From contig NC_057756.1 of the NCBI RefSeq assembly GCF_004010195.1, forward strand, positions 8,562,773 to 8,618,776: a stretch of DNA of 56,004 nucleotides. Direction: 5' to 3'. Under the pieces are notes generated by a model. It did not search any database, was not told the DNA's origin, and saw only the letters and a program-made list of their open reading frames with translations. Made by a program: the position numbers and the translations under genes. Positions 37,031-49,787 of this stretch are shown here, in pieces. This DNA is from Chiloscyllium plagiosum. Its lineage: Eukaryota. Numbering within the stretch: the stretch's first letter is position 1; every line of letters begins with the position of its first letter.

Positions 37031-37353
37031 GAACAGACTCTGAGCCAGGGATTGAATCAGGAAACAACAAAGACACACCCGGCCCAGTTGTAAATCCAGA
37101 CCCTCCTCAGTAACATCTGGAGACTGGTTCAGATGTTGGGAGACTCTTTAACATGGTCAGTCAGTGTGTGTGTGTGTGGGATGGTCTGGTGTGTGTGATT
37201 ATTGGGATCTAACCTCCCACATCCCTCCAGGACTAGAATTACCCAGGGATCTGTTTGTACTGGGGCTGGTTCTGAAACACGAGGTGCTGAAGGTCTCTGC
37301 TGTTAGTTTTGTTTGTGTGTCCCAGTCTGATAATGGCTTCATTCTGTCTCTAG

Positions 37354-37456
37354 GTCCTGGACTCGCCACTGGAGCAAGAGTTGGATTGGGAATTGGGATT
37401 GCTGCTGGGATTGGTGCTGGAATTGTGGGTTACATTGTCCTCAAGCGACAAAGAAG
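37354..37456 (+). CDS. Gene C exon 5 (transmembrane)
   Basis: Acceptor TTCTGTCTCTAG; PGLATGARVGLGIGIAAGIGAGIVGYIVLKRQR; donor AAG|GTGAGT; phase 1/2. Confidence 0.85.
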
Positions 37457-38939
37457 GTGAGTTCTGGAATGTTCCACTATTTCCATGGTAACCCTTTGAT
37501 CTTTGTATAACATTGTGTGAAACGTTGCTGAGCTCTGTCCCTGCCCATTCCCTGAGCTGTGAGGATGCTTCAATCCAGCCTGTCATTGAGCAGCAGCATC
37601 CAGTCACTTCCAGCTTGTCATCCTCTCGCTGCTGAACAGTCCCGTGGATTGGAAAGGAGCAAATATTATCCCACTGGAGAGCCAGAGGATGGGGCATATA
37701 TTGTGAATTTCAGGAGGTATTTGAGAAGGTGCCACAGAATAGGTTGTTGTACAAGATGAAGACTCAGGGGATTGGGGGGTAATATAGCATGGATTGTGGA
37801 TTGGTTAATGGATAGGAACCGAGCAGGAACAAATGGGTCATTGTCAGTTGTCAGGATGTAACTGGTGCTGCAAGGATCAGTGCTGGGACCTCAGTGACTG
37901 AGATGAGGGGATAGAGTGGGATTGTCCCAGTTTGTTGCTGATACAAAGCTCAATGGGAAAGTAAGCTGTGAGGAGGATACAGAGGCTGCAAACAGGGATA
38001 CGCTGGTTCACGTTTATACTCCGTGTGGGTGTGGATGTTCCATCGTTAAATCTGTTTCAGACTGAGATGGACAGATTTGAACATTCCCATTCTTTTTCCA
38101 ATCCCTCATTGGTCTCAGCCCTCCCTATCTGTAACCACCTTCAGCTGTATAGCCTCAGATCTGTGTGCTCCTATCTCCCTGATATTTCCATTGCTGCCCC
38201 ACTGGTGGCTGTGCCTGGGTCTGTAGCTCAGCATTTCCCGATAGAAACCTCTTTGGGTTTCTCTCCCTCTGTCTCTGCCCCTCTCGGTTTGTCTCTTCCT
38301 CCCCCCTCCAACTCCTCAGCTGCCTGGCTCTGAAGCTCTGCAATTCCTTAGCTGACCTCTTTGTCCGAGTTTCTCTCCCTCTGTCCCTCTCTGTCTCTCC
38401 AATGCCTCTCCCTTGTCTTTTCCTACACTGCAATGTGCAAAGTGCTATCAAAATGCAAGTTGTTGCTCATTTTCCTACACTTGTCAAACCACCCAGCACA
38501 TCGGTTATCCTGGGCATCAGAGGTTTCAATCACTGGGAAGCCCATCACAGATTTCCTTGTTTCCCTCAGATTTCCTTGTTTCTCTCTCTCAATATCCGTA
38601 TCTCTGTGCTCCCTGCCTTTCCCCATGTACAGCCCTCACAGTGGGAGGAGGAACTATTGCAGGGCTCTCTCACTCTCTCCTCTGGCCCTCCCTCTGTCAG
38701 TCAGCACAGCTCCTGTGGAGTGTCCAGCTCTTGCCCATTGCCTCCCTTATGACCCTCCTCTCCTCTATACTCTGTTCTCCATCACCGTGCAGCTCCTATC
38801 ACCCAATTTCCAGCTGCCATTGGTCTCCAGGAAGATGAGGATCATTTAATGGGTCTGATCTCCTGAACAGCTCCTTGACACACCTGTCCAAAGTGTTGGA
38901 TTCCTTTAACCTGTTCTCTGGTGGATTCTGTCTCCACAG

Positions 38940-39099
38940 GAAACAAAATCTACACAAGATGGCAGCATCAAATGGTGACCCTATGAGAGAGATGACCTGT
39001 TCAGGTGAAGCACGGAGCCTTGTACCAACAGCACCTGAGCATCAGGATGGAGCGGCAGGAGAACGAAACCTTCTGGGGAATGGGGCTGTCCAGCACTGA
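38940..39099 (+). CDS. Gene C exon 6 (cytoplasmic tail)
   Basis: Acceptor TCTGTCTCCACAG; phase 2 fits exon 5; KQNLHKMAASNGDPMREMTCSGEARSLVPTAPEHQDGAAGERNLLGNGAVQH*. Possible internal donor after 39004. Confidence 0.75.
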
Positions 39100-40129
39100 C
39101 TGAGTTTCCACCACACTGAGCGTGGCTCAGGGAGGGGGAATCAGCCCAGTGTTAAGGGGATCGAGTGAATCGTGGTGGAAAGTCTGAGTTTAAGATTGGG
39201 ATCAACAATCACTTCCTGCTTTGCACAAACCCTTCTGAACAGCACAATCTCAGGAGGTAAACTCCCAGTGGGAGTGTTATCCCAATACTAGAAAAACTGT
39301 CCATTTCATCCTCTGTATTATATCAGCATTACTGTTACAGTCTGTGTCCAAACACTGTCTCAGGGTTCAGCTGTGTAACCCTGTGTAATGCTAATCCTGT
39401 GAGATATTTTTCACAGGTAATTTCTTTATTCTTAATTAAGAACTTGTTCTCAGTGTGAGTGATGCTGCCAGGGCCCCATTTATTGTCCATGTGACCTTGA
39501 CTCACTGCAGTCTTTGGAGTGATGGTGCTCCCACAGCGGGGAACACAGAAAGTGGCTTCAGAAACTCCCACTGCAGCAGCGCCTACTGGGCAAAGCCAGG
39601 AACACACTATTGCCTGCAGTATTGTCATGTAGTGGAGGTATTGATCATGTGTTGATCTTATGCAGATATGTCCTGTATGTTTATTTATGACTCTTGTTTA
39701 CAAAACAAGATGGTAAATATTTTATATGCAGATATTTCTATATTTTTATCCTGGATATTTCTTACATTTCTACCTCTGCTTTTTGTTCTGAGCTGTGATT
39801 AAAGAAAAGCTGCCTACAGTCTGATGTTTATTGACACTGCGGTCACTGCATGAACAGAGGGGCTGCTGTCTACAGGCAGTAAGCCCCTGATACGACTTGG
39901 AGAGAATGGAATTGGCTGAAGACTGGGATCAGTGATGATGGGAATCTCAGGAGGAGCAGGAACATTTATCCAGTCGGTGTTCCTGGCTGGAGATGTTCTG
40001 TGAACTCTTCAGTCTTTGACATTGTGCCAAGGGGAGGTACATAGGAGCAGGAGTCGGCCAATTAAGTTGTTTGAGCCTGGTCTGCCATTCTCGATCCTGG
40101 CTGATCATCTACTTCAAAAGAACAAAACA

Positions 40130-40612
40130 ACAAAAGAAAAGTACAGCACAGGAACAGGCCCTTCGGCCCTCCAATCCTGCTTTCACTAAACTAACAAACA
40201 AACCTTCTGCCCTTATTCAGTCTGTATCCCTCAATTCCCTCCATATTCCTGTAATCGTCTGGATGCCTCTTCAATGTCACCAATGTGCCTGCTTCCACCA
40301 CCTCCCCTGGCAGTGTGTTCCAGGCTCCTACCACTGTGTGAAAACCTTCCCGCGCACATCTCCTTAAACCTCCTCCTCTCACCTTGAACCTGTGCCCCTT
40401 GTAATTGAAACTTCAACCCTGGGAAAAAGCCTCTGACTATCCACCCGATCCATGCCCCTCATATTTCTGTAGACCTCTGTCAGGTCTCCTCTCAGCCGCT
40501 GTCTTCCCAGTGAAAACAACCCTAGACTTTCTTTGTGGCCAATGCCCTCGAGATCTGGCAACATCCTGGTGAACCTTCTCTGTGCTCTCTCCATGTCCTT
40601 CTGGTAGCATGG
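40130..40612 (-). mobile_element. CR1 3' end
   Basis: ERAQRRFTRMLP...LGLFSL...RLRGDL. Confidence 0.75.
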
Positions 40613-40748
40613 CAACCAAAACTCATGACCATATTCCTGCCCCATCCCCTGAAGCCTCGTCCTCAAATCCATGCTGACTCTGTACAATCAGTGTTCCCTA
40701 ACATCATCACATCCATTATAATAGATGCTAGTATTTCCCTTGGTACTG

Positions 40749-43008
40749 TGTAATGAAGATGTGGGTATACTATATCTTTAAAAGAGTAAATGCTAGCAGT
40801 GCTAGCACCAAGTATTCTCAATAAGACATAATGTAACATGTGCTCCAGCTACTAGACTAATGCTATTGTACATGAAGTGGACGTCGGAAATACTGCTCTG
40901 ATAAAACAACACCCCTACTGGCTTCCAAAGCCAGACCAGTTCATAAGGAGGTGGAGGCCATGCTCGATGAGGACATCATCGAACCAAGCCAGAGTGAGTG
41001 GAGGTATCCGATTGTCTTAGTTCCCAAACCGGATGGGGCACAATGATTCTGCGTGGATTATCGGAAGGTCAACACTGTTACCAAATCGGACTCATATCCA
41101 ATTCCTAGACTGGAGGACTTAATTGAGAAAGTCAGATAAGCCAGTTACATCACTAAGTTGGACTTAATGCGTGGTTACTGGCAGGTACCTTTATCAGAAT
41201 TGGTGAAAACAATTTCCGCATTTGTAACCCCAAATGGGCTATATCAGTTTAAAGTGATGCCCTTTGGAATGAAGAACGCACCTACCACATTCCAAAGACT
41301 CATGAACAGAGTTGTGGATGGGTTAACAAACTGTGTGGTCTATTTGGACGATGTAGTGATCTTTAGTAAGTCCTGGAAAGATCACATGATACAGCTGGCA
41401 GAGCTCTTTGAATGACTATGAGAAGCAAAACTGGTGATAAACTTAAATAAAATGGAATTCGCGAAAGCAGAGGTGACATTCTTGGGATATAACATTGGTC
41501 ATGGAAGATTGACCCCACGGAATGCAAAGACGAAGGCCACCAAGAAATTTCCATGACCCATCTCGAAGAAAGAGGTGCTTCGATTCTTAGGACTCAGCGG
41601 ATTCTATTGGAAGTTTCTTCCAAATTTCAGCAGTGTAGTGGCACTGTTAACCGATATGCTGAAGAAGAACACAAAGTTTCGGTGGATAGAACAATGCCAG
41701 GAGGCATTCGATCATTTGAAGTCAATATTAACCACCAAACCAGTTTTAGCTATACCAAACTTTTCAAACCTTTTAAATTCGCCAGCAATGCTTGTGACAT
41801 TGGAGTTGGAGCTGTACTCCCACAGGAAGATGAAGATGGGATTGAACTGCCACTTGGTTAGTTTTTGAAGAAGATCAACATCCACCAAAGGAAATACTCC
41901 ACAATCAAAAAAGAACGATTGAGTTTGGTACTGCCTTACAACATTTTAACATGAACAAAGTGTCAGAGACGGTTGTGTACCTGACCACAATCTGCTTACA
42001 TTCTTAGAACTCTTTAAAGACAAGAATATGAGACTATTTTAGTTGGACTCTTATATTACAGACTTTTAATTTAAAAACCGTATATGTTGTCGATTGGAAG
42101 AATGTAATCGCGTAATCACGGATTTAACTGATAGAGTTTAAATAAGATTTGTCTTTATTTAATGTTATATAGGTAAATGAGAAGAAGTTCGGGAGAACTT
42201 ATATTAAAGTTCTCTGTATGTTAGGGTAATGTGTTTAGAAAGTAGAGAAAAAGAAAAGCCATCTTTTCTTCATAGTAGTTCATTCTTTCTTAAGGGGGTG
42301 GTGTTATGAAGATGTGGGTCTATTATACATTTAAGAGATAAAAGCTCGCAGTGACAGCACCAAGTGTTCTCAATAAGACACAATGTAGCACTTGCTGCAG
42401 CTACTGGGGTAGCTAGTTGCCTGGAAACAACAAAACAGATTTAAATTTGGCCAATCAGGTTAAATTATATCCCAAAAAATACCAAATTCCAATCAAGTTT
42501 GAATTGAGTATATTGACAATCTTAAAGGCCAATGATACAATCCGATTCTTTGGGGTATAAGACTGGGGAAAATTGAATAGTTGGGAGGAGAATTGCCACC
42601 AGACCAACAGATGTAGACTGCTAGTCAAAACTCTGAGAGGTACCTGTCTGGAGAAGGAGTTTGCACAGAGAAAAACCTCAACACTGACCTGGAGAGCCAT
42701 TCTACTGACTAAGATAAAAAGAAGATTGGATTGCTGGCTGGTTTTAAAATTGGAATTTTCCTGTAAATCTTAATTGGGAGTCTTATCGGACTAGTACTTT
42801 GGAAGGGAAGGTAAAGATAGGTTATAGGAAGGAGATGTAAATAGTTGTTAGTTAATTATTCTCTGTTATACTTTAAGAAACGAAGTTGTTAATTTTTCCT
42901 TTAAATAGTTCTTGGCCACTTGAATTTTTACAGATTACCGTATGGGATATGTTATTTCTGTGTTACTGGTTTTAAATTAAGCAGGACGGTTTACCCTGTG
43001 TTGTAACA
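40749..43008 (+). mobile_element. Internally deleted Ty3/Gypsy LTR retrotransposon (likely Gmr1-like)
   Basis: Partial 5' LTR from 40749. Degenerate RT (LDLMRGYWQVPL, MPFGMKNAPTTFQR, YLDD) and RNase H. PPT AAGGGGGTGG before the 3' LTR TG...CA at 42302-43008. TSD ACTG at 40745-40748 and 43009-43012. Confidence 0.88.
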
Positions 43009-43184
43009 ACTGACATCAGGTGAACAAGCCTGTGGCTTCTTGTAACCCCACTGTTTCAGAAAGAAGGGAGAGCATTTTCAAACTTCCAATCCGTAGGCCC
43101 CATTGCAGGATGAACAGAAATGTGGGAAGATGATCATCAATGGATGCTCTCTCTCCCTTTCTCTCTCACCATCTCTTTGAGCAG

Positions 43185-43297
43185 ATGCAGGTTTCCCCAT
43201 CATTGAGGATACGGATGGACATGGAGTCACCTCCCACTCTATGTTGAATGGTTCACCACCATTAAAGGCTGAATGCAGCAGCATTGCAGAGCTTTGA
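43185..43297 (+). CDS. Candidate alternative terminal exon of gene C
   Basis: Long polypyrimidine acceptor ...CTCTTTGAGCAG; phase 1; (D)AGFPIIEDTDGHGVTSHSMLNGSPPLKAECSSIAEL*. Frame and stop are preserved in the inverted copy at 24476-24588. Confidence 0.5.
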
Positions 43298-46104
43298 TGG
43301 TGTGAACACTTTATTTTGCATTGACTCCATTTCAGGAAGGGTTTACATTTATACAACACGTTTCAGGTCTGTATGACATCCAGAAATGCTTCCCTCTCAG
43401 TGAAGGGACTGTTGTAATCTCCGAATGATGGTGGTTAATTTGTGCACAGTAAGCTCCCACACGTAGCACTGTCATAATGATCAGATTCTCTGTTTGATTT
43501 TAAATGCTGGTGGTTGAGGGGGATATTGACCCAAAAGTGAGGATGTAGGAGGAAAGAGTTCTTTATCAGTTACAGGATAGGACAGCATGGAAGGAGGCTG
43601 TTTGGCCCTTCATATTTTGGCTGGCCCCCCTCTTCTCAAATCATTTTAACCATTTACACCTCAATCAGACCACCCAGTAATCTTTTACAGCGAGGAGAGG
43701 ATCTTGTGGTACAGTGGTAGTGTCCCTATCTCTGAGTCAGATGACTTAGGTTCAAGCAATCCCCCTGCCCTGAGATGTATAATACCATCTCTGAATGGTG
43801 TGAGTCAAGAACAGGTCTTACAGAGAGAGTGTCAAAGCTGAGACTGTGCAGCCTGTCCTCCTGATGTTACCCTTTTCACTTTGCTCTCATTCTGGTTAAT
43901 TCACAGTGTGCCCTCTCCCTCATAAATCCTTCCTGGGGTGCAGTGCCCACAATTGAACACTGTGACTCCAGGTCAGTGTGGTGGGGAGGGGTGTGTTTAA
44001 CCAACTCGAAGCCCCTCTGAGCCAGCATTACATTGCTGAGCAATTTGACAGAGTCACTCCCTGTTCCATCCTTTACAGAGGCTGCTCTCACTTTTTCACA
44101 TGGACAGTGGCTAGGGGTGGGATTGAGGGGGGGGGGTCACATTTCAACATCTCACAGACTCAGGGAGTCGGACAGGATGTTTCAGAAAGATCAGGTTTGA
44201 GATAACAGGAAACAGGAATTTCAGAAATAAAACAATTCCAGACTGGATGCAGGAACAATGTTTCACCTTGGCCAGGGCTCCAGAGCAAGGGGTCACAGCC
44301 TCAGGATACGGGAGAGGCCATTTCAGACTGAGCTGAGGAGAAATGTCTTCACTCAGAGGACAGTGAACCTGTGGGATTCTCTCCCACAGAAAGCTGTGGA
44401 GGGGAAATCACTGAATATGTTTCAGAAAACCCAGATACATTCCTTGAGGCTGAAGGTGTTGAGGGTTATGCGGAGAGAGTGGGAGTACAGTGTCATAGAG
44501 GATTGTGCCTCATGAAAAGCCGAGCCTGGTTTTACTAGTAAGACCTAACCTTTCCCTGATCCCCTGAAACACTTGCAGCTGGAATAAAGATTGGTGAATC
44601 TTAACTTTGACCCAGCAAATTCCTGCAGCCCCTATGAGGTTTCAAAATGTCTGGTTGTATTGGATATGACCTCCCGCTGAGGTGATGTTTATTCCCACCT
44701 GCTCCAGGTGATCATGGAAACATGTTCCACTCCAAATACAAACCTCCCGTCTGTGTATCTGTTCATTCACTTTCCTTCTCATTTCTGCATTTCGATAGTG
44801 CTGCACATTCTGTGACCTGCCTTAACCTCGCTTTTACAATCATTGGGTGGGATTAAACAATGTTTAGGGTCATTGGTTTGTTGAAAGTGTACATTTAGCA
44901 AGATGACAGCTGAGTAAGATGCTCCAGCCAGTGCTTTTCTGCTTGCCAGTTCTCTTTGTTTCTTCTCTCTCTCTGCTGCAGTTTGTCTTCATCCCACATC
45001 CCAACTTTTAACTTGTTAAACCATCCTACCTGGAGGGAATGGAGAACGGAGTCTGAGACCAGCCTGGCTCGACAGACGAGTCACAGCTGGAGTGGGAGTG
45101 CGGATAGAGCCCAGAGCGGGGAGTAGAGACACAGACAGAGCCCGGAACAGGAGTAGAGGCACAGACAGAGCCTGGAGTGGGGAGCAGAGCTGCACTGGAG
45201 CCTGAAGCGGGAAGCAGGAGCAGGAGTAGACAAAGCCCAGGCCAGCTGGGGGGGGATGAGTCCGGGACAGAAACCAGTGCGTGGAGGCAGTTTGGACTCA
45301 TATTCTGAAACCTGGTGGGCATGGACCCAGTGAAAAAAGAAGAATGACTTGAGTACTTTATAGATACTTTTTATTCTCATTCTGGTATTTTAAACTCTGT
45401 ATTCCCATGCTTGTCTATTTGTATTTATTACTATTTGAATTCTGTAACAACATTTAAAGTACCTGTACCTAGGTACCCTGGGTTTTGGAAAGGCTGCTTG
45501 GGAGGGGCTGTGGGTCCCACCTCCTGCAGCCCAACCTCTGGAGACAGAAGGACCATGTTTCTGGGGAGGAAGTGCAGGTTCTCACACCGTTAACCCCTTC
45601 CATTACCCAGTTTGGTAGCTCCAGCCTTCAGGGCTCAGCCAGCTCGCTCAGTGTGGTTTATTACTGAGTGACCTTTGGGGATGGACAGGGAAGACCCACT
45701 CAGTTAACACTGTGTCTGTGTGACCCTCAGTGCTTCCTCCAAGTGGGGGTGAACATTGTGGGGTATCCATTGATCAGCTGAGGGAGAGCAGTAGGTGAGA
45801 ATCAGTAGAAGGTTTCCAAGCCCATGTCTGACCTGAGTCTGACAGATTTCACGGGCTCAGAGTCAATGTTGAGGAGTCCCAAGGTTGTTCCCACATGATT
45901 GCATACCATTGTACTGCCATTTCTGGTGGGTCTATGTGACCAGTGTGTTATGAAATGGAGGTCAACACTCCTCTACTGATTAAACCCGAAACACCCACAG
46001 TAGTTCACCTCACCTGGTAATTTGATAAAAGTAGTATGATGAGGAGAGTAACCTACCTCTTACCCCAATTTGTTATAAAGGAGTAATTAAATAAAATGGA
46101 CTCC

Positions 46105-46460
46105 CTGATACTCACTTCATACTCATCCTGGTCTGTCTCCTTGAGGTCAGAAATCAGATCTGACCAGTTGCCTTGTTCCAGTTGATCTTTGCTGAAAATG
46201 TGTTGCTGGAAAAGCGCAGCAGGTCAGGCAGCATCCAGGGAACAGGAGAATCGACATTTCGGGCATCAGGTTTGTTCTGTTTGCAAACCTTGGGTCTTGT
46301 TCTGTCAAATAATCACTCTCATTGATGAATGTCTGAACATTTCATGCTCTGATATCCCCCAAATTACCAATAAATCAGAGACTGGTACATTCTCTTTGTA
46401 GATACAATGCAGTACAGCCTGCTCCCCAAGGACCCCCAAAACTGGTACATGGGAGTGACA
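46105..46460 (-). pseudogene. Inverted V-exon pseudogene (D) of the IgV family
   Basis: Reverse complement is homologous to 30353-30630 (QDPRFANRTNL, KDQLEQGNWS, ETDQDEY). Acceptor lost (CCAG>TCTG). ~75-bp Penelope-type insertion at 46191-46266. Flank 46460-46700 matches 30110-30350. Confidence 0.8.
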
Positions 46461-46809
46461 CAGAAAAGATTGAAAGTATTCATTTACAGATAGACCCTCC
46501 CTGCTGGTACATTACATCCCAAGCTTCACATGGTTACATTGCGATGCTGGATTTACAAAAAGCTCTGATCAGTAACTCACTGCTTTCATTTCTGTGGGAA
46601 AGTTAAAGCTCAGACATTGAGGGTCTTCAACTAAAAAGCATTTTGTGCTAGATATCTGTAAACACAGAGCAGCTAGACAGCATTTTGTATCACATGTTTT
46701 CTAATGTACACATGATGGGAGAACATGTTGGGATAGCTGTCAGACCCCTTTGGGAGAAACATATGCAGTCTAGTCCCTGTATTTTAAAATAAAGTATACT
46801 TGATAGAAT

Positions 46810-49060
46810 GTAATGTTGGATGCTGTTCAATAGAGATTCATGAATCTGTTTCCTGGGATGAAGCAGGTAACTTATTAAGAATGGCTAAAGAAGTTAGGCC
46901 TTTATCCATCAGATTTTAGAAGAATCAAGCATGATCTTATTGAAACAAAGAGGATTCTGAGGACTCTTGAAATGGTATGTGATGAAAAGATGTTTCCACT
47001 AGTGGGAGAATAGGGTGCATAGCTACATAATAAAGGAATGTTCATTTAACTGAAAGGGTCACGGATTCATGCAGTACAGAACAGGTCCTTCAGCCCATTG
47101 ACCCATCTGCACTAATCCTATTTTCCAGCATTTGGCCCATACCCTTGAATATTATGACATTTCAAATGAACATCAAGTAACTTTTGCAGATTGAGAGATT
47201 TTCTGCCTTAAAGACTGTCCCAAGCAGCACATTCCAGATTCCCACCACCTGCTACATGAAAAATAATTCCTCAAATTCCTTCTAAAATCTCCTGCTCTTC
47301 ACTTTAAAATTAAGCTCTCTTAGTATTGCCCTTTGACTAAGCAAAATAGCTGCTTCCTTTCCAGCCTGTTCCCGCTCCTCAGGTATGTCTCTTTCAGGTC
47401 GCATTCAACCCTCTCTGTCTAAAGAAAACAATTTGAGCTTATCCTGCATCTTGATAGCCAAACTGCTCCATCCCAGGAAATATTTCCATGACTCAATGTG
47501 CCCTTCTCTGCACCAAGTGCGACCACATCCTTTCTGTAGAGACCAGGACTGCACATAGTGCTCCAGCTGTGGCCTAACTAAAGTTTTGCTCTTATAATAT
47601 ACATCACAACTGATAAAATGTTCCTTCTCAACCACCTTGAAGGGATTTCTTCTCCCAGGGGGTATGTCTGGAATTCATATCCCAGGAAGCGTCCCTAACT
47701 CAGCACGTTGACCTGGAAGAGTATTAGTATTCCACATGGCCAAGATGTTTAGCTCTTAAACTATTCCTTTTTTATATATTCACTATGGGATGTGGGTGTC
47801 ACTGGCTGGGCCAGCCCCAGTTTCTTTGATAAGCTGATGGTTGAGCTGCCTTCTTGAACCACAATACCATTAGGGAGGGAGTTCCAGGATTTTGGAGGGA
47901 GCCATTAGGGAGGGAGTTCCAGCAACACTGAAAGAATAACATATTTCCAAGTCAAGATCATTACTTCCTCTAAAACACCAATTAATCTAATTCCAAAGAC
48001 CAAATACGTTTTAATAATGGGACAACAAAGGTATTCACCCAGTCCTGCTTACCAATGTTGCTGCTATTTGTGCACTTGACACAGTAGTTGCACATTACAC
48101 ATGAATGGATAGGGGACACAGAGTTAAGACAAGAGGCAGAAAGTTTAGAGGAGATGTGATGAAATGTGTTTTCACTCAGAGGATGTGGGAATCTGAAACT
48201 CACTGCCTGTAAGATTGGTAGAGGCAGAAACATTTAGATGTGCACTTGCAATGCCAAGGCATACAAGGTTTCAGGTCAAGTGCTGTAAAATGGGATTAGA
48301 ATAGTTAGGTGGCTGTTTTTTACCTGCACAGACTCATTAAGCTGAAGGGCCTTTTTCTGTGCTGCAGACATCCAACATCAAAATTAACACACATGACAGA
48401 ATCATATAGAATCCTATAATATTAGAATATTACATTACAAAGTGAAGCCATTTGACCCATCATGTCTATACTGGCACCCAAAAGAGCTACCCAGCTTGTG
48501 CCACTCTCCTCTATATTTATCCTTTTCAAAATATATCCAGCTGTCTTGAAACATCCTATGGAATCTGCCTCCATAGAATCAGACAATCAACTGTGCAGAA
48601 ACAGACCCTTTGGTCTAAGCAGTCCATGCTGAACATAATCCCAAACCAAACTAGTCCCACCTACATGTTTGTGGCCCTTATCCCTCTAAAGCTTTCCTAT
48701 TCATGTGTCTTTTAAATGTTGTAATTATGCGCACATCCATCACTTCCTCAGGAAGTTCATTCGACATGAGAACCACCCTCTAAAAATTTTGCCCCTCATG
48801 TCTTTTTAAAAATCTCTCTCCTCTCACCCTAAAAATATGTTCCCGAGTCTTGAAATCCTCCATTGTAGGGAAAAGACACTTACTATTAACCCTATCTATA
48901 CCCCTCGTTATTTTATAAACCTCTATTAGGTCATCTCTCAACCTCCTACACTCCAGTGGAAAACGTCCCAGCCTATCCAATCTTTCTTTAAAACTCAGTC
49001 CTTTCATAGTACATCCTGGTACATCTCTTCTGAACCCTCTCTAGCTTAATAATATCCACC
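46810..49060. mobile_element. Mosaic of old CR1 3' fragments and SINE pieces
   Basis: For example ERLDRLGRFPLECRRLRDDLIEVYKI on the - strand. Confidence 0.6.
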
Positions 49061-49693
49061 ACTCTCCCAAATCCAAACAAATCCTAAAAACTCTGAGTGG
49101 AGACGTTTTTCCTCATCTCACTCCGGGCTCTCTTGCTGACAATCGTGAAATTGTGCCCCCTGGTTGACTTATCAAGCCAGGTTCCAGTTCTGATGAAGGG
49201 TCGCTAGATCTCAAATGTTAACTCTGATTTCTCTCCACAGCAATTTCTCAAAACTTTTCAGCAATTTCTGTTTTTGTTTCACTCTGGCTGGTCTAATACA
49301 GCAAACCTTTTAATAACAAGCACCTGCGGGACCTCGAGTGTACCGGTTGATCAAGTGGCCCACGTAATCAAAATAAAAACACACTTACTGATAGAAACAT
49401 AATGCTCGGGGTATGCACATCATTGTTTCACCATATCTACAGCAAAATTCACTTAAATAACAATATAACTTTGCCTTAAATAAAACTTAGCGCCAGAGAG
49501 CCTTTTTACTGGCACCTTCAATTGACTACTGTTATTCGGACATCACGAAGATCGCGAATTAGCCGTCATTTCACCGGCTAATCAAGAGTTGGACTCTGCC
49601 AATTCGATCACAGAAATGATGCGATGTATGCCCCCAGACATGGCAAAGAGCTGTTACCTGGTTCACTTTGGCTCGCGTGACAAATGCTTCGAT

Positions 49694-49787
49694 TCATTTC
49701 TCCGTTTGCTTTGGCCTCACTGACATCAGCTCAGACTTTGTCGTTGAGTTTGCCTTCTGTGTTTGTTTGATTCCATTTCCTTGTGGC
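49694..49787 (-). CDS. Gene E cytoplasmic-tail exon
   Basis: Acceptor GTGCCTTCAG; phase 2 matches the TM exon; (K)PQGNGIKQTQKANSTTKSELMSVRPKQTEK*; donor CAG|GTAAC after 49658. Confidence 0.55.

Noticed and set aside
45026-45380. Minus-strand ORF with a signal-peptide-like LCLLLLLLPAS stretch and a donor near 45029
   Set aside because: Internally repetitive, no compatible downstream exon found, and it lies 3' of pseudo-exon D; probably repeat-derived.
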